A stretch of DNA of 64,000 bases from a virus. Where the stretch lies: the IMG/VR virus record IMGVR_UViG_3300045988_142974, positions 108,868 to 172,867 of that record, one strand, 5' to 3'. The position numbers were made by a program, and so were the translations under genes. This document shows positions 17,541 through 26,207 of this stretch, piece after piece (the first letter of the stretch is position 1; every line of letters begins with the position of its first letter). A model generated the notes under the pieces. It worked only from the letters and a program-made list of their open reading frames with translations. It was not told the DNA's origin and did no database searches.

Positions 17541-18275
17541 ATGAAATATATGGGTTCAAAATCTCGTATAGTTGATAATATTTTACCGATTATTCAAGAA
17601 AGATTGCGAGATTATAATATCAAAACATACATAGAGCCATTTTGCGGCGGCTGTAATGTAATCGACAAAGTTCAATGTGATATAAAAATCGCTTCTGACA
17701 ATCATAAATATCTTATTGAAATGTTCAAGAATCTAAATCAGATTCAAAATCTCCCAGAATTTATTACAAAAGAACATTACTCAGATGTAAGAAAGTGTTT
17801 TAATAAAGGATTATCCCAATATCCAGATTGGTATATTGGTGCAGTTGGCTTTCTTTCAAGCTATAACGGAAGATTCTTTGATGGAGGTTACTCAGGTATC
17901 GTATATACAAAAGCTGGAACTGAAAGAAATTATTACGATGAAGCTAAGAGAAATTTGTTAGAGCAGATTCCAAGGTTAGAAGATATTCAATTCCAATGTG
18001 GAGATTATAAAGAGTTATATTCTGATAAAGTTGACTGCTTATTTTATTGCGATATTCCATATAAGGGTACGAAACAGTATGGATCAAGTAAGAATTTTGA
18101 TTATGACAGATTCTGGAATTGGGCTGAGAAGATGAGCGAGAAAAATATTGTCTTAGTCAGTGAGCATGAAGCTCCTTCTGGATGGGAATGTATTTGGCAA
18201 CAGGAAGTCAAGAGAACGATTGACAATACGAAGCAAGTTAAAGCAGTAGAAAAGTTATTTGAAATTAGAGAATAA
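17541..18275 (+). CDS. Dam-like N6-adenine DNA methyltransferase (D12 class)
   Basis: MKYMGSKSRI, EPFCGG, YCDIPY. Confidence 0.85.
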   Translation: MKYMGSKSRIVDNILPIIQERLRDYNIKTYIEPFCGGCNVIDKVQCDIKIASDNHKYLIEMFKNLNQIQNLPEFITKEHYSDVRKCFNKGLSQYPDWYIGAVGFLSSYNGRFFDGGYSGIVYTKAGTERNYYDEAKRNLLEQIPRLEDIQFQCGDYKELYSDKVDCLFYCDIPYKGTKQYGSSKNFDYDRFWNWAEKMSEKNIVLVSEHEAPSGWECIWQQEVKRTIDNTKQVKAVEKLFEIRE

Positions 18276-18294
18276 ATATCTGGGAGGTGACAAT

Positions 18295-18681
18295 TTGAAT
18301 GAACCAAAGTTTTATGTACAGGAATTAATATCTACGGAATATATGGACAAAAGAGTTTTAATCCTATATCCATATGAACTTAGCAATGAGCCGATATTAA
18401 AAGACAATATTCCCAAAATGACAAAAGTGATAAGAGAATATATAAAAGAGTCTGAAATGTATAGAAAGTGTGTAGATACAATTCCAAATCTTATATGGGA
18501 TTCTCAAAAATTATCTATGCAGAATGAAGCTGATGAACATCAAAGAAAAGCTGATGAACTTGCAGAAATAATGAATGAAGGTATCAGTCCTTATGCGTGG
18601 TATGTTAAAGGTAGGTTTGATGGAGAGATAGGTGGATTTCATTACAATGTAGATAATATAGTTTATTTGGATAGAAACTAG
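18295..18681 (+). CDS. hypothetical protein
   Basis: TTG 4 nt after GGAGGTGA; track start 18259 overlaps upstream gene. Confidence 0.5.
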   Translation: MNEPKFYVQELISTEYMDKRVLILYPYELSNEPILKDNIPKMTKVIREYIKESEMYRKCVDTIPNLIWDSQKLSMQNEADEHQRKADELAEIMNEGISPYAWYVKGRFDGEIGGFHYNVDNIVYLDRN

Positions 18682-18780
18682 CAAGAAATTTTGGTTTCAA
18701 GGTTTGTCACGAAAACTATATAATATTCGGGATAAAAAAGAGAATATATCAATGTAATTACAATTAAGGAAAGGAAAGAC

Positions 18781-18820
18781 GTTCACATGTGAGTAAAGCT
18801 GCGCAGCTACTATGGTGAAC
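18781..18820 (+). promoter_or_regulatory. leader hairpin with apex palindrome AGCTGCGCAGCT (18797-18808)
   Basis: GTTCAC (18781-86) / GTGAAC (18815-20); ends 4 nt before TTG 18825. Confidence 0.6.
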
Positions 18821-18824
18821 AAAT

Positions 18825-19661
18825 TTGAAAAATACATATATTAAATCGCCTCTAAATTATGTCGGAGGCAAGTATAAGTTACTACCAATTATTGTACCAA
18901 TGTTTCCAGATAAGATAAATACTTTTGTAGATTTATTTGGTGGAGGTTTTAATGTCGGTATTAATGTAAAAGCTGATCATATTATCTACAATGATATATG
19001 TGAGCAGGTAGTTGGTTTTCTAAGATATTTACAAGGTTCAAATATTGAAGAAGTATTATATAAGATTGATTCATATATTAGTAAGTATGGATTAACGAAA
19101 GAAAACAAAGAAGGATATTTACTGTTTAGAAAAGAATATAACACAGGTATTAAAGATCCAATTAAATTCTATACGCTTTTATGTTATGCGTTCAATAATC
19201 AAATCAGATTCAATTCCAAAGGTGAATATAACATGCCTTTTGGTAAAGACAGATCCAGTTTTAATCCCACTCTTAGACAAAAATTTATAGATTTTCATAA
19301 GCAACTGAATGAAATAGATTGTAGTTTCTTAAATATTCCATTTGAGAGATTTGATTTTTCTGATTTTACGGAAGGTGATTTTGTTTATGCAGATCCACCA
19401 TATTTTAATTCTGTTGCTACATACAATGAAAACGGTGGCTGGACAGAAGAAATGGAGAATAAATTACTAGAGACTCTTGATGCTTTGAATGATAAAGGCG
19501 TTAAGTTTGCATTAAGTAATAATCTCAAATATGACAATCCATTACTTGATAAATGGAAAGATAAATACATAGTTCATTATTTAAAGCATGATTATAGTAA
19601 CTGTAATTACCAGAAAAAGGATAAGAGTGCAGATTGTGAGGTATTAATCACAAATTATTAA
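18825..19661 (+). CDS. Dam-like N6-adenine DNA methyltransferase (D12 class)
   Basis: LNYVGGKYKLL, FVDLFGGGFNV, YADPPY; TTG start, no SD. Confidence 0.85.
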   Translation: MKNTYIKSPLNYVGGKYKLLPIIVPMFPDKINTFVDLFGGGFNVGINVKADHIIYNDICEQVVGFLRYLQGSNIEEVLYKIDSYISKYGLTKENKEGYLLFRKEYNTGIKDPIKFYTLLCYAFNNQIRFNSKGEYNMPFGKDRSSFNPTLRQKFIDFHKQLNEIDCSFLNIPFERFDFSDFTEGDFVYADPPYFNSVATYNENGGWTEEMENKLLETLDALNDKGVKFALSNNLKYDNPLLDKWKDKYIVHYLKHDYSNCNYQKKDKSADCEVLITNY

Positions 19662-19666
19662 AAATC

Positions 19667-19709
19667 TCAACCTCTGAAATGCCCTAAAATCAAGGCTTTC
19701 AGAGGTTGA
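19667..19709. terminator. strong hairpin (13-bp stem); T-tract only on the minus-strand side
   Basis: TCAACCTCTGAAA (19667-79) / TTTCAGAGGTTGA (19697-709); + strand 3' flank AAAAGC, minus strand 3' flank GATTTTT. Confidence 0.6.
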
Positions 19710-19748
19710 AAAGCAAAGTAAAACCACGTTTCATTTAAGGAGGTAAAA

Positions 19749-20117
19749 ATGGAAGATATTGTAAACATTATTGAAATTAATAAATATATGTATTTTGATA
19801 AAAATTGTGGAGTATTTCGTTTAACATCAGAAGCTTCAGAAATTATCTATAGACAGAAAAAAATTATTTGCAGTTATTCAGGTGCAGATGAATGGATAAA
19901 TTTCTTCACGTTAGAAATGATGAATCTTTATACAGGTTCAAGTCCATATAATTATGTAATAAGAACTTGCGATCATCACGAAGCATTCCCAAGAATTTTT
20001 AAAGAGAATAAAAAAGGGTTAAGTGATTGGGTTGAAAAGTCTCTTACGGAAGAATGGGGAAAGAGAATGTATAAGATGATTGAAAATATTATTGATGACT
20101 TACCAGTATGTGAATAG
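19749..20117 (+). CDS. hypothetical protein
   Basis: AAGGAGG SD; 122 aa. Confidence 0.55.
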   Translation: MEDIVNIIEINKYMYFDKNCGVFRLTSEASEIIYRQKKIICSYSGADEWINFFTLEMMNLYTGSSPYNYVIRTCDHHEAFPRIFKENKKGLSDWVEKSLTEEWGKRMYKMIENIIDDLPVCE

Positions 20118-20634
20118 GAGAGTGAATTATATAGGTAAATCATTAGAATTTGTAAAAGAACGAATTGCATCAGGTCAGTGCAATGGTATGGAAAATAATA
20201 AATATGAATCCATGATTGAGCAGGATATACGAGAGTTATTTACGGTTATTACTTACACCAAAGATGAAACAATTTTAATAGATGTTCCTTATCTTAAAGG
20301 TGACAAACCTTATTTTAATGTAATTATTAAGCACGATCCAGATGCAGATTTTGAATATTTCACAATGCAGCGTTGCAATTGTGATGGAACGTTTGTATTC
20401 TTTCAAGATTTAATGGGTGAGTGCATAGATAAAATGATTCATCTTAAAACCTGTAATGTAAATAAGGAGATTCCAAAAGATTTAACTGGATATTCTATCA
20501 TCTATACTGTCGGAGATTTTGTATTGGCAGAAGAGTTTGGAAAAGAATTTGCAACTGAAGAAAAGCCTTGGATGCAGAGTAGATTCACTGCTATGTTGCC
20601 AATTAAGTTTGATATAGTAAGGAATGGAGAATAA
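20080..20634 (+). CDS. hypothetical protein (start uncertain)
   Basis: ATG 20080 gives a 38-nt overlap; alternative in-frame ATA 20131 sits 5 nt after AGGAGAGTGA. Confidence 0.5.
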   Translation: MKILLMTYQYVNRRVNYIGKSLEFVKERIASGQCNGMENNKYESMIEQDIRELFTVITYTKDETILIDVPYLKGDKPYFNVIIKHDPDADFEYFTMQRCNCDGTFVFFQDLMGECIDKMIHLKTCNVNKEIPKDLTGYSIIYTVGDFVLAEEFGKEFATEEKPWMQSRFTAMLPIKFDIVRNGE

Positions 20635-20638
20635 TAGT

Positions 20639-20890
20639 ATGGAGTTATCACAAGATGAAAGACAAAAATTTTTAGAATTAATAGATAAAGTAAGTCCATG
20701 TGCTGCAATTTCTGAAAAAGAAAATCTTGAAAAGTTTAAAGAGTGGCTGGATAGTGATAGGTCAAAAAGAGTTACATTTGTTGAAGCTCCAAAAATATTT
20801 AAAGATCAGGTTGGAAATGACAAAGTGCTTCTTATACCAACAAATGACGAAGCTATAAAGCCAATAAGAGTAATATTCGAAGGAGAATAA
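20639..20890 (+). CDS. hypothetical protein
   Basis: ATG 20639, 7 nt after GGAGAA. Confidence 0.5.
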   Translation: MELSQDERQKFLELIDKVSPCAAISEKENLEKFKEWLDSDRSKRVTFVEAPKIFKDQVGNDKVLLIPTNDEAIKPIRVIFEGE

Positions 20891-20894
20891 CAAT

Positions 20895-21173
20895 ATGAAC
20901 AAAAGACAGAAAAAGAAGTTATTTAAACAGACACTTATTAAGGTTAGAAAACTGCATCCACAGAAGGGTGATGTGATTTGTTTTCAACCAGATTTAGATT
21001 GGATTGATGCTGAAACTATGTGCCAGTTTATGAAAGTTTATTCGAATAATGATGTTTTCGGTAAATTGAAGTTAGCTTTTGTACCTGCTGATATTAAGCA
21101 GCTTAGACATAAAGGGGACGCTCAGATATATATTGATAAGTTACAGAGTATTGTAAATCAGATGGGAGAATAA
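20895..21173 (+). CDS. hypothetical protein
   Basis: GGAGAATAA junction SD. Confidence 0.5.
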   Translation: MNKRQKKKLFKQTLIKVRKLHPQKGDVICFQPDLDWIDAETMCQFMKVYSNNDVFGKLKLAFVPADIKQLRHKGDAQIYIDKLQSIVNQMGE

Positions 21174-21380
21174 ATGATTAAAAATAAGGCTTTAGCACAA
21201 ATTTTAAAGAATCAATATTTAATTTTATATTATTTACGACACTGCGAGTCTTGTAAAAATCTAATGGAGGACATTAATGAAATTACTGATAACGCATTAA
21301 TAAAAACTGAATATTTTACAGACAAATTGTTGCATAGAAGGCGAACAAGAAAGAAGCATTTCCTTCAAGTTTTTGAATGA
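21174..21380 (+). CDS. hypothetical protein
   Basis: ATG abuts upstream stop (GGGAGAATAAATG). Confidence 0.45.
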   Translation: MIKNKALAQILKNQYLILYYLRHCESCKNLMEDINEITDNALIKTEYFTDKLLHRRRTRKKHFLQVFE

Positions 21381-21423
21381 AAAGAGAGAATAAACACATA
21401 GAAAATAGAAAGAGAGGATACAT

Positions 21424-23622
21424 ATGAGAGTATTACTTTTATTAAGAGGCTCTGCTGGTTGTGGAAAATCAACTTGGATTGAGCAGAATGGATTAAAGTC
21501 ATATGCATTATCAGCGGATGATATTAGATTACTGTGTCAGAGTCCAGTATTACAACCTGATGGAACAGTAGGGATTAGTCAGAGTAATGATAAAACCGTT
21601 TGGAAGACATTGTTTAATTTACTTGAAATTCGTATGCAGAAAGGTGAGTTTATAGTAATTGATGCTACAAATTCAAAAACATCTGAGATAAACAGATATA
21701 AGCAGATGTGTGAAACATACAGATATAGGATGTATTGTGTCGATTTTACAGATATTCCAATTGAAGAAGTAAAGAAAAGAAATGTCAACAGAGAGGAATT
21801 AAAGAGAGTTCCTGATGAAGCAATCGAAAAAATGTATTCACGTTTCAAGACTCAGAAAATTCCTTCTGGTATTAAGGTAATTAAGCCAGATGAGTTAGAT
21901 TCTATTTGGATGAAGTTATTTGATTTATCTGAATATAAGAAAATTCATCATATCGGAGACGTTCATGGTTGCTATACAGCGTTAAAGAAATATATTGATG
22001 ACAATGGCGGTATTAAAGATGATGAATTTTACATCTTCTGCGGTGATTATGTAGATAGAGGTATTGAAAATGCTGATGTTGTTAAGTATCTGATTTCTAT
22101 TAAGGATAAGAAAAATGTCCTTATGCTTGAAGGAAATCATGAAAGATGGCTTTGGTTATGGGCTAATGATTGTACAAGTAAGTCTAAAGAATTTGAACTT
22201 GTAACAAAGCCACAGTTAGAAGAAGCAAAGATTGATAAAAAGGATGTACGTCAGCTTTATAGAAAATTTGGACAGTGTGCTTATTATAGATATGGAGAAA
22301 ATATTTATTTAGTAACTCATGCAGGTTTAAGTGTATTACCAGATAATCTTACATTTGTTGCAACAGATCAGATGATTCATGGAGTTGGTAATTACAATGA
22401 TTTTGAAAAAATTGCAGAGACATTTGCTGAAAAAATGCCATCAAATTATTATCAAATTCATGGTCATAGAAACACTAAACAAGTTCCAATTCGTGTGAAT
22501 GATAGAGTATTTAATCTTGAAGGAAGAGTTGAATTTGGTGGGAATTTAAGATGTGTTCAGCTTGATAAAGATGGTATGTACGAAATAGAAATTCATAATG
22601 AAGTATTCAAAACACCCGAAATGAGAGAAGAACAGAGTGTAACAAATAGTTCTGTTGCTGATGTAATTATTTCATTAAGAGCAAATAGATACATTCAGGA
22701 AAAGAAATTTGGTAATATTTCTTCTTTCAATTTTACGAACAAGGCTTTTTACGACAAGGTATGGGACGAGCAGACTACAAAAGCAAGAGGTTTATATCTT
22801 GACACATTTAAGGGAAAGGTAGTAGCAAGGGCTTATGATAAGTTCTTTAACATCAACGAGCGACCAGAAACAAAATTTGATATGCTACAGAATAAGCTTC
22901 AATTCCCTGTTACAGCATATGTAAAAGAAAATGGTTATTTAGGTATTGTAAGCTACGATGAATACAATGATGATTTATTTATTGCAAGTAAATCTACTAT
23001 TGACAGTCAGTTTGCACAATGGCTCAAAGAAGCTATTTACAATCAGATTACAGAAGAAAATAGAGAAAAAATGAAACAGTATGCGAAAGATAATAATGTG
23101 TCATTTGTATTTGAAAATGTTGATATGAAAAATGATCCGCATATTATTGAATATCTTGAAAGTAAGTTATATCTATTAGATATTGTTTATAATCAGATGG
23201 ATTTTGCTAAATATGATTATGAAACTATGTGTGATATTGCTCATCAGCTTGGATTAACTCCAAAAGAAAAAGCATTTGAGATTGCTAATTGGCAGGATTT
23301 TTATGATTGGTACTATGATATTCTTGAAGAGGATTATGAATACAATGGTAGAAAAATTGAGGGATTTGTAATCGAAGATAGTGTTGGATATATGACAAAA
23401 CTGAAGCTTGCATATTATAACTTTTGGAAGTTTATGAGAGCAATTTCACATGAAGCTATTAGAAATGGATATATTAAAAAGACATCTGCTTTAACAACTC
23501 CTATTGCTAATGAGTATTATGCATGGGTAAGAAAGTTGCATGATGTCGATGATATTGATTCAATTCCAAAAGATATTTGTACATTGAGAAGATTATTTTT
23601 TAAAGACAAATTAGGAGAATAA
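21424..23622 (+). CDS. polynucleotide kinase / metallophosphatase / RNA-ligase-like fusion (Pnkp-like RNA repair enzyme)
   Basis: P-loop GSAGCGKST; calcineurin-type GDVHG, GDYVDRG, GNHE, GH; C-terminal nucleotidyltransferase motif I YVKENGYLG (KxNG). Confidence 0.8.
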   Translation: MRVLLLLRGSAGCGKSTWIEQNGLKSYALSADDIRLLCQSPVLQPDGTVGISQSNDKTVWKTLFNLLEIRMQKGEFIVIDATNSKTSEINRYKQMCETYRYRMYCVDFTDIPIEEVKKRNVNREELKRVPDEAIEKMYSRFKTQKIPSGIKVIKPDELDSIWMKLFDLSEYKKIHHIGDVHGCYTALKKYIDDNGGIKDDEFYIFCGDYVDRGIENADVVKYLISIKDKKNVLMLEGNHERWLWLWANDCTSKSKEFELVTKPQLEEAKIDKKDVRQLYRKFGQCAYYRYGENIYLVTHAGLSVLPDNLTFVATDQMIHGVGNYNDFEKIAETFAEKMPSNYYQIHGHRNTKQVPIRVNDRVFNLEGRVEFGGNLRCVQLDKDGMYEIEIHNEVFKTPEMREEQSVTNSSVADVIISLRANRYIQEKKFGNISSFNFTNKAFYDKVWDEQTTKARGLYLDTFKGKVVARAYDKFFNINERPETKFDMLQNKLQFPVTAYVKENGYLGIVSYDEYNDDLFIASKSTIDSQFAQWLKEAIYNQITEENREKMKQYAKDNNVSFVFENVDMKNDPHIIEYLESKLYLLDIVYNQMDFAKYDYETMCDIAHQLGLTPKEKAFEIANWQDFYDWYYDILEEDYEYNGRKIEGFVIEDSVGYMTKLKLAYYNFWKFMRAISHEAIRNGYIKKTSALTTPIANEYYAWVRKLHDVDDIDSIPKDICTLRRLFFKDKLGE

Positions 23623-23626
23623 ATAT

Positions 23627-24121
23627 ATGAAGATAGAATTAATCAAATTAAAATTCAATGATACTTGTACATATAAGCATAAGCCATTCACTTATTGCTG
23701 TGATGAAATTCAAAATGATAAGGCTATTGTATTTACAGGTGAAGATTTAGTATGCAACGATACTTTTGGATTAGTAGTAAGAGATTCAGATGATAATATA
23801 ATTCCTCAATTTTGTACTTCATATACTGAAACATTTACCTCTTGGGGAGATGAATACGAACAGACAGACAATTATCCAATTCAGTTTTGTCCTCATTGCG
23901 GAGAGAAGATTGAAATTTCTGTTATAGAGGAGATTGATGTGTCTGATAAGTACAATGAACTGACTAAGCAACGTGAAGAATTATGGAAGAAGTGTCAGAG
24001 AACGGATAGTAAGAAGAAAGAATTTGAATTAAGAGAGCAGGTTGAAAAACTTGATAAACAGATTGATAGTTTCTATTGGTTAGATGAGTGGAAAGGAGAA
24101 TATTACTATGGCAGTATTTAA
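23627..24121 (+). CDS. hypothetical protein with Zn-ribbon-like CPHCG
   Basis: GGAGAATAA junction SD; 164 aa. Confidence 0.5.
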   Translation: MKIELIKLKFNDTCTYKHKPFTYCCDEIQNDKAIVFTGEDLVCNDTFGLVVRDSDDNIIPQFCTSYTETFTSWGDEYEQTDNYPIQFCPHCGEKIEISVIEEIDVSDKYNELTKQREELWKKCQRTDSKKKEFELREQVEKLDKQIDSFYWLDEWKGEYYYGSI

Positions 24122-24383
24122 AAATTTCAAAGATGATGAGTTAATCGTAAGCTGTAAATGTGGATGTGATAAAGGTATTCACCTTAAGATTCATGACTAT
24201 GAAGATGGGGATTATGCTTTCTTAACATATACAAACGGTAATTTTTATACTCAGCAAAGACCATTCTTTGAGAAGTTGAAGAAAATTTGGGCGATTATTT
24301 GTAATAAGGATTTCTATTATTCTGATGTTGTAATGACAAAGGATGATTTTAAAGAGTTTAAGGAATGGGTAAATAGAAAGTAG
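24108..24383 (+). CDS. hypothetical protein
   Basis: ATG 24108 after AAAGGAG. Confidence 0.5.
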   Translation: MAVFKNFKDDELIVSCKCGCDKGIHLKIHDYEDGDYAFLTYTNGNFYTQQRPFFEKLKKIWAIICNKDFYYSDVVMTKDDFKEFKEWVNRK

Positions 24384-24386
24384 AGT

Positions 24387-24410
24387 CACAGTAAATTCAG
24401 GTTTCCTTTG
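24387..24410 (+). promoter_or_regulatory. dyad motif copy, abutting 14-bp palindrome CTTTGTATACAAAG (24406-24419)
   Basis: cacagtaaa ttcagg tttcctttg; starts 4 nt after stop 24383. Confidence 0.6.
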
Positions 24411-24489
24411 TATACAAAGAGAAAAATTAAAGCAATGATAAAATCAATGATTTTTATTAACTATAAAATATAAGAGAGGTGAACGATTA

Positions 24490-25119
24490 ATGTCTTTAGC
24501 ATATAAAAATGACACGTACAACAACTATAATGGCGAATATGAAATGGGTTCATTAAATAAATTTGCACAAGCAGAAAGAAGATTGTCAACAAAGAAACAA
24601 GTATTGGATGATATGAAGAATGAATATGACCTTATTGAACAACAAACATTTCGCATTTATAAAGAGAATATTCAGTATATGCTACTTGATCAGCCATCTA
24701 CTATTAAAACGTGTAGAGAATGGTTAAATATGTTATCAAAGAATCAGGATACTGATGGTAACAAGCTTGATAAAAGAAAGAAGTATAAAGAAAAGGAAAC
24801 ATATGATTGGTATATTAATTATATTAAAAAGCTTCTTGATATTGAGTATATGAATGATGTTAAATTCATTGATTTTAATTTCGGTCAAGCTACTAATATT
24901 CAGTTTGAATATAAAGAGCATAATTGGTGTTTAGAAATTCCTCATATTAAAGCTATCAAATTAGATGCATATAAGAATTATGGTGGTAGTGTATTTAAAC
25001 TTGCGTTAGTACACAATGATACAGAATATAGTTGTAGTTGGTCGCAGTTTGGCTCTACATATGAGGAAGATGAATTAAGAGATATTATGACACAAGGTAT
25101 TGAGAAATATTGTAATTAG
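24490..25119 (+). CDS. hypothetical protein
   Basis: AGAGGTGA SD; 209 aa. Confidence 0.55.
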   Translation: MSLAYKNDTYNNYNGEYEMGSLNKFAQAERRLSTKKQVLDDMKNEYDLIEQQTFRIYKENIQYMLLDQPSTIKTCREWLNMLSKNQDTDGNKLDKRKKYKEKETYDWYINYIKKLLDIEYMNDVKFIDFNFGQATNIQFEYKEHNWCLEIPHIKAIKLDAYKNYGGSVFKLALVHNDTEYSCSWSQFGSTYEEDELRDIMTQGIEKYCN

Positions 25120-25178
25120 TGGGTGATAACTTCACAGGAAAGCAACATATCATCCGATTTAAGAAAGGACAAGTACAA

Positions 25179-25658
25179 ATGAATTTGAATAAAATTAGAA
25201 GTGAAGATTTGATTTTTAGTAATGAAATTGAAGACGATAGAACTAATACATATCTTACACTAAATGATTATGATTGGATGAATTATAATCTGTCTACTCG
25301 TTTTAGAACAGAAGAGATGGGTGTATTAGAAGTCGAGTTTGAATTTTGTGGTTTTTCTACTTCACAAATGAATGTAAAACAGACATTAAATGGTAAGGTT
25401 CAGGAAATTACATATGAATATCCAACAGATATTTTCAGTAAAAATTTGATTAGGTTCTTAGAAAAACATATCAGATACTGGAATGAAAAATACGCATTTA
25501 ATGGCGAAGAAGAAGTTATAGATTTCTTTAATGAAGTTCTCGATAAAGGGACTGTCAAAGATGTTGCTGAAATCAATAAAAATGACAACAGACCACAATG
25601 CTGCATAGATCACGATAAGTATTTTTCAACATGTGACACTTGTGAGTTTGGAGAATAA
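25179..25658 (+). CDS. hypothetical protein (start 25119 GTG or 25179 ATG)
   Basis: AAAGGA 9 nt before ATG 25179. Confidence 0.5.
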   Translation: MNLNKIRSEDLIFSNEIEDDRTNTYLTLNDYDWMNYNLSTRFRTEEMGVLEVEFEFCGFSTSQMNVKQTLNGKVQEITYEYPTDIFSKNLIRFLEKHIRYWNEKYAFNGEEEVIDFFNEVLDKGTVKDVAEINKNDNRPQCCIDHDKYFSTCDTCEFGE

Positions 25659-25686
25659 CAAAAAATTATAAAGGAGAATATTAAAC

Positions 25687-25998
25687 ATGGAAACAATTTT
25701 AAGATTATTAGCAGAGAACCCAGAAAGTTTAGGAGAGGTAGTAAAGACATACATTACAAAGTATAAAGAGCCTGTATATGATGTTCTGAAGGAACTCATG
25801 ATTATTGCAAAGGATTATTCTGAGAATACTGAATATCCTGCAATTCAGGCGAGAACCAAGAAGAATATGTTTGATGCATATGTAAGTGTTGGTTTTACAG
25901 AGGATCAGGCATTAGCACTTATGATTAACGATAATATTCAGCTTATGAAGAACATTCAGAAGTCAGTTAATAATACTTCCGTAAAGAAGAGTAAGTAA
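25687..25998 (+). CDS. hypothetical protein
   Basis: AAAGGAG SD; 103 aa. Confidence 0.55.
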   Translation: METILRLLAENPESLGEVVKTYITKYKEPVYDVLKELMIIAKDYSENTEYPAIQARTKKNMFDAYVSVGFTEDQALALMINDNIQLMKNIQKSVNNTSVKKSK

Positions 25999-26004
25999 TG
26001 GTTT

Positions 26005-26028
26005 CGCAGTAAACCAATCTTTCTTTTG
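26005..26028 (+). promoter_or_regulatory. dyad motif copy
   Basis: cgcagtaaa ccaatc tttcttttg; 7 nt after stop 25998. Confidence 0.6.
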
Positions 26029-26048
26029 AAAATTTTTAATCATATCTA

Positions 26049-26207
26049 AGCCATTCGGCTATGGGAATCCCAGTAACAAGGAAAAATAATATTTTCTTAT
26101 AGTGGTTGCAAACACTAGGAAAATCAATAATTTTATAATACAGAAAGGTATAAATAGTAAACCTATAGGTAATTTAGATTGCGCAATCTCTATGTAAATA
26201 AGAGATT
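26049..26207 (+). promoter_or_regulatory. structured leader, copy B (homologous to 11257-11428)
   Basis: Hairpin AGCC-attc-GGCT, GTAACAAG box, TAGTG/CACTA hairpin around TTGCAA, AGAAAGG box, palindromes ACCTATAGGT (26161-70) and AGATTGCGCAATCT (26176-89). Confidence 0.55.
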
